A DNA stretch of 49,646 bases. Source: Myxococcota bacterium (GTDB taxonomy: Bacteria; Myxococcota_A; UBA796; SXON01). Shown one piece after another: positions 9,529-17,573 of this stretch (the stretch's first letter is position 1; every line of letters starts with the position of its first letter). A program made the translations under genes and the position numbers. A model generated the notes under the pieces. It was given only the letters and a program-made list of their open reading frames with translations, was not told the origin of the DNA and made no database searches. The stretch lies in assembly GCA_040386535.1 (NCBI GenBank), contig JAZKFH010000052.1:1-49646 (forward strand). Reading direction: 5' to 3'.

Positions 9529-9921
9529 ATGTCCACCACGCCTCCGGCCACCCCCCTGCCGCTCCTCTGGGCCGCGTTCATCGGGTCCCACGTGATGTTC
9601 GTCGCCATCACGTTCTTCGTGCCGGGGCAGCCCATCGCGCAGGCCAACCTGCTGCCGATCCTCGCGGTCCCGGCGATGATCGTGGCGGGCATCGCCGCGG
9701 AGGGCTCGCTCGTCGCCCGCGTGGCGCCCCAAGCGCAGACGTGGTGCCTCATCCGCTTCGCGCTCGCGGAGGTGGCCGGCGTCCTCGGGCTCCTCGTCTA
9801 CTTCTTCTCCGGCGAGCACCTCGTGCAGCTCGTGTGCGCCGCGTGCGGCCTCATGGCGCACCTGTTGGCCTTCCCGTCGGCGCGGGCGCTCGAGGGGCAC
9901 GCGGCGTTGCTGCGGCCGTGA
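9529..9921 (+). CDS. Hypothetical membrane protein (about 130 aa, about 4 TM)
   Basis: Hydrophobic helices and an IRFALAEVAGVLGLL motif. TACGCT -10-like hexamer 6 nt before the ATG. Confidence 0.7.
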   Translation: MSTTPPATPLPLLWAAFIGSHVMFVAITFFVPGQPIAQANLLPILAVPAMIVAGIAAEGSLVARVAPQAQTWCLIRFALAEVAGVLGLLVYFFSGEHLVQLVCAACGLMAHLLAFPSARALEGHAALLRP

Positions 9922-9933
9922 CCCGCCCCAACG

Positions 9934-12900
9934 CTACCGGAACGCCACGAAATCCCGCGCCGGATCGAACCCCCGTGCCAACACCCCCTCCAGCGGCAGC
10001 TTGCCATACGGGAGCGCCGGGTCGAGGCCCCACTTGCGCTTGAACACCTCCCAGTTCTCCAACAGCAGGCTTCGGTAGTCGATGTTGGCCGTCTTCGACG
10101 TGCGGCTGCCGAGGTGGCGGATGAAACAATCGCGCGCGATGCGCAAACGATAGCCGGCGAGGCGGGCGCGCAGGCTCCAGTCGTTGTCCTCGAAACCCCA
10201 GCGGCCGTACACCTCGTCGATGCCACCGATGCGCTCGATGACCTCGCGCCGTGCCAGGATGAAGAACAGGATCAGCTGGCTGGTGTACGCGTGGCGGCCG
10301 CGCTGCTCGGTGTGGAGGGCGGCGGCGTAGTCGTCCAGCGCCTCGGCGGCGTGAGGCAGGCGGGCGGCCTTCTGGCTGTCCACGACGTAGTCGCTCACGG
10401 GGCCGACCATGCCGATGTCGGGCCACGCGTCGAGGTGAGTGACGAGGATCTCCTGCCAACGCGGGGTGAACAGCACGTCATTGTCACAGAACAACACCCG
10501 CTCGCCGCTCGCCACCGCGAGGCCCCGGTTTCGGGCCGCGGGCGCGCCGAGGTTGCGCCCCATCTCCAACAATCGGACGTCCGGCTGGGTGCGGAGCCAC
10601 TCCAGGCTGCCGTCGTTGCTGCCGTTGTCGACTACGACCAGCTCGATCGGGCCGGTGGTCGTGCGCCGGAGCGTCTCGAGGCAGGGCCGCACGTGCGGAA
10701 ATCCGTTCAGGTTCGGAATGATGACAGAGGTCGTCGCGCGCACGGGCAACGGGCGCGGGCGCGTCCCGACGGGCAGGTGCGCGGTGGCCTCGACCAAGCC
10801 GAGCCGGTAGCGGTGCAGGCCGCTCTCGCGCGCGGCGGCGAGGAGCTTCTGGCGCTCGTCGCGCTTGGCCGGCGAACCCCGCCGCAGCGCCGCGCCGACC
10901 GAGGTGGCGAGCCGCTCGCGCTCGGGGGCAGCCTGCTCCACCGAGGCCCGCACGGACATCCAGAACGTGTCATCGGGCAGGTCGGTGCGGAGGCCCGGCA
11001 TCAGCGCGGGGTCCTTGTGCTTGGTGTAGATGCGCCAGGTCTCGTGCCCGAGGCGCTCCTGGCGCTCGAGCCAACCTGCGTACCGCACCTTGTGGTCGTG
11101 CCCGGCGCGGATGTCGGGGCGGTAGCGTACGCCCATCCCCAGTGACTTCTCCAGGCGGTAGCCGAGCTCTACGTCCTCGGAGAGCGCGTGCAGAAAGGTG
11201 GGGTCGAACCCGCCGACCGTGACGAGCGCCGCGCGGGGCACCGACAGGTTGCACGTCCAGAAGTGTTGCCAACCATAACGCTCACCGGCGCGCATGGTGG
11301 TGTAACCAAACAACAGGTCGCTCTCGGCGAGCAGGGCCACGAAGGGGTCCTCGCGGTGCTCGGGGAGGAAGTCGAACGTGCCGAGCACGGCCTCGGGCAC
11401 CGTCGACGCGAGCTGCGCGTGCAGGTGGCGCCGCACGCCGTCGGGCTCGGGCAGCGTGTCGTCGTTGTAGATCAGCACGTAGCGCCCGCGCGCGTGGCGC
11501 AGGGCGAGGTTGCGTGCCGACGCCGGGCCGGCGTTGGCTTGGCGGAGCAGGGTGAGCGCGTACGGCCGCGGCCCGGTGTCGGTGACCGGGGTGGGCGAGC
11601 CGTCGTCGACCACGATCACCTCGAAGGCGCGCGGATCGAGGTCCTGGAGCGAGAGCCGGTCGAGGAGGTTCCGGAGGGGCTCGGGTCGGCCGAAGGTGGG
11701 CACGATCACGGTGACCAGCGGCGCGCCGGCCAGCAGCGCGTCGATCGCCGGATCGGGGAGCACCCGCGGCGCAACCGGAGCGTGCACGCCGAGCGTGTCG
11801 AGCACCCCCTCCGCGACGGAGTGACCGGGCTCGAGCACGAGCGCGCGGCGCGCCATCCGGGCAGCTTCGCCCGCGTCGACCGCCATCAGCACGTGCGCGA
11901 GCGTAGCGACCACCTCGGCGTCCTCGGGGAGGATGCGGCGCGCGGCCCACCCGACCGCCACGGCGGTGACGTCCTCTCCGAGCGCCTGGAGGGTCGCGAC
12001 GATGGCGATCCACGCGGCCCCGCAACTGGGGGCGAGGCGCAGCGCGCGGATCCAGTCCGCGAGCGCCGCGGCGGCGTCCCCGGCGTCGGCATGCGCGTCC
12101 GCGGTGACGACGAACCGCGCCACACGCTCGGCCAATGTAGCAATTGTGGAGGGCCCCTCGACGGCCGGCCCCGCCCCGGGCACCGGCACTCCGAGCGTCG
12201 TGAGGCACTCGGCCGCCGCGTCGAGGGCGCGGAGCGCGAGCAGCCGCGCGCGGCGGTGGGGTGCGCCCAGGGGTAACGCCACGCCGCGTCCCAGGAACGC
12301 GCGGCGCTCGGCCGCGAGGCCCATCGCGTCACAGGCCGCGGCCGCGAGGATCCATGCGTCGGCGCCGTCGCCGAGGAGCGGCTCCACCGCGCGCAGGGTG
12401 TCGCCCGGGCGCCCGGCGAGCAGGGCCGTCTCGGCGAGGCCAAGGTTCGCGTCGCGCGCGAGGGGGGAGGTCAGCGCGCGCGTGAACGCAACGGCGGCGG
12501 CGTCGGGGCGCCCGGCGGCGAGGTGCACGAGGCCGATCCGCACGTCGGCGGCCCAGCTCGTCGCGCCCGGCACGATCTCGTCGGCGAAGGCCTCGCCGTG
12601 ACGCGCGCGCGCGGCTTCCAGCGCCGCGACGGCGAGGTCGAGCTCTCCGAGGCGTTCGAGCGCGAGGCCACGGAACAAGTCGAGGTTGGGGTGGGCGGAC
12701 CCGGCACGCGCGGCGTCGAGCAGGGCCAGGACGTCGGTGGGGCGGTCCTCATCGAGGAGCAGGTGCGCGCGCAGCGTGACGAGCGGCACCACCGAGGGCC
12801 GCTCACCCCGCGCCAACTCCTCCCCGTACGCGGCCCAGGCGCGCTCGGCCTCGGCGGCGGCGCGGGGAACGTCGCCAGCGCGGAGGAGCTCGCGCGCGAG

Positions 12901-13593
12901 GTAGGTGCGGGCCACTGCGCTGTCGGGCTCGAGCTCGCAGCGCCGCTCCAGCAGCCGCAGGTTGCGCGCATCCTTGGCGCGGGCCGCGCGCAGCTCGGGC
13001 ACCGCGCCGTAGTGCACGATGGCGGCGTCCACGGGCCCCACCACGCGTTTGCCGGCGGTCAACCACCCCTTCACGGACTCGTGCACCACCCCCTCCCACT
13101 TCAGGTCGGGGGTGCGGCGCAACAGGCGCGGCAGGAGCGTCGGCTCGCCACGGCGCGCGCGGCCCGCGAGCACGTCGGCGGGGAGCGCATCGAGCGTGGT
13201 GGCGTCGTGCAGCGGGAGCAGCCCGCAGTCGATCGCGCCGCGCCGCATCACGGCCTGGATGGCGGCGCCCGCGCCGGGGGCGAGCCGCTCGTCGGCGTCG
13301 AGGACCAGGATCCAGCTCCCGTGCGCGGCGGCGAGCGCGGCGTTGCGCGCGGCGGCGAAGTCGTCGGCCCACACGAACGGCACCACGGTCGCGCCGGCGC
13401 CCCGCGCGATCCGGGCGGTGTCGTCGACACTGCCGGTGTCGAGCACCACGATCTCGTCGACGATCCCGCGCACCGAGGCGAGGCAGCCGGGCAACATCTG
13501 CTCCTCGTCGCGGGCGATGACACACAGGGTGAGTCGCGGCGTGACTTGGGAGGCGGCGGTCGGGCGGGACGTGGGACGGCTCGGTCGGGGCAT
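9934..13593 (-). CDS. Multi-domain glycosyltransferase GT2-TPR-GT2-GT2 (about 1219 aa)
   Basis: ATG 13593 with GGAGGG RBS. GT2 #1: LTLCVIARDEE, DTGSVDDT, DFAAARNAAL, LDADE. Ala-rich TPR-like helices. GT2 #2: VIVPTFGR, VDDGS, NAGPASARN, NDDT. GT2 #3: VIIPNLNG, VDNGSNDGS, CDNDV, GFEDNDWSLR. Confidence 0.92.
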   Translation of the reverse strand: MPRPSRPTSRPTAASQVTPRLTLCVIARDEEQMLPGCLASVRGIVDEIVVLDTGSVDDTARIARGAGATVVPFVWADDFAAARNAALAAAHGSWILVLDADERLAPGAGAAIQAVMRRGAIDCGLLPLHDATTLDALPADVLAGRARRGEPTLLPRLLRRTPDLKWEGVVHESVKGWLTAGKRVVGPVDAAIVHYGAVPELRAARAKDARNLRLLERRCELEPDSAVARTYLARELLRAGDVPRAAAEAERAWAAYGEELARGERPSVVPLVTLRAHLLLDEDRPTDVLALLDAARAGSAHPNLDLFRGLALERLGELDLAVAALEAARARHGEAFADEIVPGATSWAADVRIGLVHLAAGRPDAAAVAFTRALTSPLARDANLGLAETALLAGRPGDTLRAVEPLLGDGADAWILAAAACDAMGLAAERRAFLGRGVALPLGAPHRRARLLALRALDAAAECLTTLGVPVPGAGPAVEGPSTIATLAERVARFVVTADAHADAGDAAAALADWIRALRLAPSCGAAWIAIVATLQALGEDVTAVAVGWAARRILPEDAEVVATLAHVLMAVDAGEAARMARRALVLEPGHSVAEGVLDTLGVHAPVAPRVLPDPAIDALLAGAPLVTVIVPTFGRPEPLRNLLDRLSLQDLDPRAFEVIVVDDGSPTPVTDTGPRPYALTLLRQANAGPASARNLALRHARGRYVLIYNDDTLPEPDGVRRHLHAQLASTVPEAVLGTFDFLPEHREDPFVALLAESDLLFGYTTMRAGERYGWQHFWTCNLSVPRAALVTVGGFDPTFLHALSEDVELGYRLEKSLGMGVRYRPDIRAGHDHKVRYAGWLERQERLGHETWRIYTKHKDPALMPGLRTDLPDDTFWMSVRASVEQAAPERERLATSVGAALRRGSPAKRDERQKLLAAARESGLHRYRLGLVEATAHLPVGTRPRPLPVRATTSVIIPNLNGFPHVRPCLETLRRTTTGPIELVVVDNGSNDGSLEWLRTQPDVRLLEMGRNLGAPAARNRGLAVASGERVLFCDNDVLFTPRWQEILVTHLDAWPDIGMVGPVSDYVVDSQKAARLPHAAEALDDYAAALHTEQRGRHAYTSQLILFFILARREVIERIGGIDEVYGRWGFEDNDWSLRARLAGYRLRIARDCFIRHLGSRTSKTANIDYRSLLLENWEVFKRKWGLDPALPYGKLPLEGVLARGFDPARDFVAFR

Positions 13594-13682
13594 GGAACGG
13601 CCCTCCGATCGCCCGGTCGGTCGTCGGCGGGCAACCTTGAGGGGAATCTTGCGGGGGGCGCACGATTGGTGATCGGGCGGCC

Positions 13683-13793
13683 CGGCGCCGCGGACGGCGC
13701 CGTCGCGTCGGCTCCAGGCTTCGCTCCGCTCGGTTCGCCCGCGCGCCGGAGCGGCGCACGGACGGAACCGGCCGGGCGAGGCGCCCGGCCGCC
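13683..13793. repeat. Dispersed structured intergenic element, copy A (3 hairpins; related to 36249-36363)
   Basis: Blocks CGCCGCGGACGGCG (13686-13699), GGCTTCGCTCCGCTCGGTT (13717-13735) and GAACCGGCCG (13765-13774) recur in the same order at 36.25-36.36 kb. Confidence 0.6.
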
Positions 13794-13896
13794 TTGCGCG
13801 CCTCTGCCGCGGGGTGGGCATCGAGCGCGGGCGCGCGTTGGATCCGGGTTTGTGTCGGGCCGGGACCAACGGCGTCGGCGGCGTTCCAAGGCCCGT

Positions 13897-13944
13897 GCCC
13901 ACGGTGTTGTCGGGGGCGGCGCCCACGGTGTTGTCGGGGACGGC
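13897..13944. repeat. 24-bp tandem repeat x2
   Basis: GCCCACGGTGTTGTCGGGG(G/A)CGGC twice, 1 mismatch. Confidence 0.85.
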
Positions 13945-14078
13945 TGCCCGGCGCCCGCGCCGCGCTCCGACTTGCATCTACGCGCGTGGTCTCGGGCCGA
14001 GGGTGGCGGCACGTGCGCATCGCCGCCGTCGTCCGGCGGCCCGCGCCAGACGACGGCGTTCCCGCTCATCCACGCCGA

Positions 14079-14309
14079 GACCCGACAGATCTCGCCTCAC
14101 GACCCGCACTGACGCCCGTTCTGTCGGGTCGCGGGGCCCGCTCGGGCGCTCGGCGGGGCATTCGGGTGGGAGCGCCGGCGAAAACCGGGCGTTGGCCCGT
14201 AACCGCGGACGATCATGCCGGTCACGCGCGCCGAGCGGGAGCAAACAGCGCGACAGATCTCGCCTCACGACCCGCACTGACGCCCGTTCTGTCGGGTCGT
14301 GGCGCCCGC
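14079..14309. repeat. Two copies of a 49-bp palindrome-armed repeat (REP-like)
   Basis: Identical 49-mer at 14083-14131 and 14251-14299. Copy 1 has perfect 11-bp inverted arms GACCCGACAGA (14079-14089) / TCTGTCGGGTC (14120-14130). Confidence 0.85.
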
Positions 14310-14427
14310 CCTGTGGCCCGAGGACGAAGCCGCCGTTGGCCGCTGGGAGTTCGGGCCCACCATCGCAGGCGCGGACGTGCCCAGCCCGTCGTGGCCAGTG
14401 TTGCCGCCAAGCGGCTACGCTCCCGCG

Positions 14428-15057
14428 ATGTTGCTCTCCGCGATCTTCAGTCTTGCCCTGGCAGCGGCGCCGGCCGTCACGCCCGAGGTGCGTGCCTACC
14501 TCGACCAGCGAATCACGGCGGAGCGTTTCGTGGCGGCGGGTTCGGGGCTACCTCTGCGCACCGAGTATCGCCGCGGCGGCGAGCTCCTTTTGGGCGGAGA
14601 GGTGTACGAGATCATCGGGAGGGACGACCTCGCCAAGGTGTGGTGGGACCGCAACAACTTCAATTGGGCCCTGGGCGGCGCCGGGCTTGGTTCGCTCGCC
14701 ACCGGGATCGGCGTGCTGGTCTGGAGTGGGAGCACGTTCCAATGGCAGAACGCGGACCGCGCGTGTGAGGGCGCGGCAACGATCGACGCATGCGTCGCCG
14801 AGGTAGAGGCGGAGAACACCGCCGCGCAGCGCGGGAGATCCGCGGGCACGGCGATCGCCGGCGTCCTCGCGCTCGGCGGGACGGTGTCCGTGGTCGTCGC
14901 GAAGTTTCGACGCGCCCACCCGATCCCCAACGACGAAATCCTCTGGATGGTGGGCGAGTACAACCAGCGCCTCGCGAACGAGCTTGGAGTCACCGTCTCG
15001 CTCACGCCGGCCCTGCGGCCCGACGGCGGGGCGCTTGCCGTGACGCTACGGTACTGA
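14428..15057 (+). CDS. Secreted/membrane hypothetical protein (about 209 aa)
   Basis: Signal peptide MLLSAIFSLALAA. Two Gly-rich hydrophobic helices flank a Cys pair. C-terminal SLTPALRPDGGALAVTLRY beta-signal-like end. Confidence 0.75.
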   Translation: MLLSAIFSLALAAAPAVTPEVRAYLDQRITAERFVAAGSGLPLRTEYRRGGELLLGGEVYEIIGRDDLAKVWWDRNNFNWALGGAGLGSLATGIGVLVWSGSTFQWQNADRACEGAATIDACVAEVEAENTAAQRGRSAGTAIAGVLALGGTVSVVVAKFRRAHPIPNDEILWMVGEYNQRLANELGVTVSLTPALRPDGGALAVTLRY

Positions 15058-15138
15058 CGGGCGCGGGTTCGAGGCGCCGCGTACCCCCCCGGCGACACCG
15101 GCCGTGTCGCCTGGCCGGTAGGAAGCACGCCGCGGCGC

Positions 15139-15283
15139 TGACCAACTCGCGGGGTGCCGCGTCACCCACGCCGTTCGTCACCACCGGGTTGACCAACTCG
15201 CGGGGTGCCACCTCACCCCCGACGTTCGCCACCTCGGGGGTGACCAACTCGCGGGGTGCCACCTCACCCCCGCCGTTCGTCAC
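15139..15283. repeat. 51-bp tandem repeat x3 with internal hairpin
   Basis: Units start at 15139, 15190 and 15241 with TGACCAACTCGCGGGGTGCC. Internal GGGGTG/CACCCC inverted pair. No unique spacers. Confidence 0.9.
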
Positions 15284-15468
15284 GCGCGAGCAGGTGCGTT
15301 TGGTCGATCGAGACGCACCCCGTTCAGAGTCGGCGTGCCGCGGAAGTGACATCCCAGGCAGACACCATCTCCGTTCAAGGTCGAGGGATGCGATCGCATC
15401 TCCCGACTTCGGACGCCATTTCCGTGCGAGGTTGGGGATGAACGCGCAATGCCCATGCACTTCCCTCA

Positions 15469-16304
15469 TACCCGACTGCCCAAGACTCGCCCCCATTCGC
15501 GCGGATGTCTGCCGGCCGCCAGTGGTACTGGTTCGCGACCACCTCGTTGATCAAGGGCCAGAGGCGCTCGGCGGGCTGGAGCTCGGGGGCCCGCCCCCAC
15601 GTCGGCGGCGAACTGCTTCAGCACCGCGGGGATGGCCGCGGTTCCCGCGGCCCCGGGGCACGGCGGCCGCGAGGCACTTCGTACCGGCGTCGCGACGACG
15701 GCTGGGGACGGCAGCCCTTGAGGCCCACACGCGTCGGTAGGACGGAAGCAGCCCGAGGCGGGCTTCATCTTCCGCCCAGACCTGGACTTGGGCGCCGGGA
15801 TGGTCTCGAACGACCCCATCAACAGCCCCTTGAAGCCCTCCATTTTGAAGGCCTCCCCGGCCTTCTCGTCTGATTGGGGATGTGTTTGGCGAGGCGACTG
15901 TCGCGTGTATCCGAGGCGCCGGAGGTAGAGCCAGTCCGTGTGATCGTCGCCCTTGTAGCCCGCCTTTTCGTCGGTCCAGCTCGCGATCTTCGGAGCCGTC
16001 CAAAGCCCGCCATCGGGGGCCGGGCCCTGGATGGCCTCCCAGAAGTCCGTCTGCTGCTCCTCGTTGAGGTACGGCTCGCGGCCGTTGCCATGCCGCTGGT
16101 CCGTGACGCCGTCGGGCCCCATCTGGTTGTAGCAGCTTCTCGTCCTTGGAGTCGCACTTCAGAAAGTGTGCCACGAGCTCATCGGGGGTCAGGTGGGGAG
16201 TGACGCGCAGCGTCTTCGGCATCGTGACATCGATGCGCTTGAATCAATGCGGCAGCCTCCCGCCTGTCTAGGCGATTTTCGATCGGCTTCAAGGTCAGCT
16301 GGTA
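15469..16304 (-). mobile_element. IS630-family insertion sequence remnant (transposase pseudogene about 15510-16222)
   Basis: Fragments in several frames: MPKTLRVTPHLTPDEL, YNQMGPDGVTDQRHGN...PDGGLWTAPKIA...YLRRLGY..QSPRQTH, VWAEDEARLGLLP..RRVWA, LKQFAADVGAGP, PELQPAERLWPLINEVVAN. Flanked by TA at 15469-70 and 16303-04. Removing it restores the palindrome CCTCA-TA-TGAGG. Confidence 0.85.
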
Positions 16305-16393
16305 TGAGGCGCCAGCGCGGACCAGCGGGCCGTCGCTCCCGAGGCGGGCCGAAGCAGGGTCATAGGTCATGTCCCCATGAATGCACGCGGCAC

Positions 16394-16573
16394 GGAGTCA
16401 TGCCGGGTTGAATGCTCGGATCCAGGCTGCGAGCGGCGGCCGATGCCGAAAAAGGGGCCGTTATTCCGTGGTGGCAGCCGCAAGCAGCCCTGACTCGAGA
16501 GGCATCACCGTGATTTAGCGGCGTTCATGGTGGCATGACTCCGATTTAGCGGCGTTGAGGGGGGCATGACCCC
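16394..16573. repeat. 31-bp period repeat with GGCATGAC core, plus one inverted copy
   Basis: Units at 16501 and 16532 and a partial one at 16563. GATTTAGCGGCGTT occurs twice. GGAGTCATGCC at 16394-16404 is the reverse complement of 16532-16542. Confidence 0.7.
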
Positions 16574-16880
16574 GCCCTCGATGCGCTCGTACTTAAGGGA
16601 AGAGCGAAGTGCATAGGCATTCCACGCGCATCAGCCTGAGCCCGATGGTCGGGTACCCGTCGATGTCACGCACACTTCTGCTCTCTGAACCAGTGTGACA
16701 GAGCAGGGTTCACGGGACCCTTTGGGCAGACACGCCGCGCGAGCCGCCCGGAAGGCCCGGCGGCGTCAGCCGCCGGGGTCCGGCCGCCCCGCCGCCCCGG
16801 CGGCGCGGCCGACGGAGGCCGCAGGCCGACCCTGCAGGGGGGCGACCCCGCGCAGCGGGGGCGCGCCCTGTCGCACCTGA

Positions 16881-17573
16881 TCAGGGCGCCACCAACGTCG
16901 CAACCCGGTCGAAGCCGATCAACCCCGCCGCGTCGCGGACACGCACGACCTCGGCGTACGGGAGCGCGCTGTCCGCGGCGAGGAACAACACCCGGCCCTC
17001 CGCCGGGCCGAGCAGGCGCTCCAGCGCCTCGCGGGGGTCGGCGCCCGGGGGGACCGTCGCCTCGGCCTGGGCAGTGACGAGGCGCAGGCCCCCGGCGGTG
17101 CCGACGAGCGCCAACGTGATGGCCGAATCGGCGGCGCCCACCAACTCGGGCGTCGGTGGGAACGGCGCGTCCCCGATGTCCACCCACATGTGGCGGACCT
17201 TCGGTCGGCGGATGGCGTGGAGCAGCTCCTCCAGGTCACGCACCGCGTCCTCGGGCGGGCGTGTACACAACGCCGGCTTGGGTGCGCCGATCTCCGCGCA
17301 GTACGCGGCCGCGCACGCCACGCCCACGCTCGCCTCGGGGGTCGACGAGGAGGCCCACGCCTCCGCACACTTCGGGTAGGCGGCCCCCGCGAGCCATGCG
17401 CAGTCGTCGAACGCACCGGCGGCGCGACTCCGTGCCACGTCCCCGTCGGCGGCCGCGGTCACGGCCGGCCCGCACCGCTCGAGCTGCTCGCGCGAGGCGT
17501 GCGAGAGGCTCCGGGGTGGCCCCCCGTGTGCGCACGCCATGAGCAGGCCGAAGAGCAGCGGCCGCCCGCTCAC
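16881..17573 (-). CDS. Lipoprotein with Cys-rich N-domain and C-terminal ExbD/TolR-like periplasmic domain (about 230 aa)
   Basis: GTG overlaps the agmatinase stop (GTGA). Lipobox LMAC and six further Cys. C-terminal VLFLAADSALPYAEVVRVRDAAGLIGFDRVA matches the ExbD/TolR pattern. Confidence 0.7.
   Translation of the reverse strand: MSGRPLLFGLLMACAHGGPPRSLSHASREQLERCGPAVTAAADGDVARSRAAGAFDDCAWLAGAAYPKCAEAWASSSTPEASVGVACAAAYCAEIGAPKPALCTRPPEDAVRDLEELLHAIRRPKVRHMWVDIGDAPFPPTPELVGAADSAITLALVGTAGGLRLVTAQAEATVPPGADPREALERLLGPAEGRVLFLAADSALPYAEVVRVRDAAGLIGFDRVATLVAP

Noticed and set aside
9529..9921. ATP synthase subunit c (ALAEVAGVLGL resemblance)
   Set aside because: Too long, lacks the GxGxG and RQP loop, and no atp genes nearby.
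14083..14299. CRISPR repeat pair
   Set aside because: Only two copies with a 119-nt gap, too long for a spacer. No cas genes.
15139..15283. CRISPR array
   Set aside because: The would-be spacers are near-identical to each other, there are only three units, and no cas genes are present.
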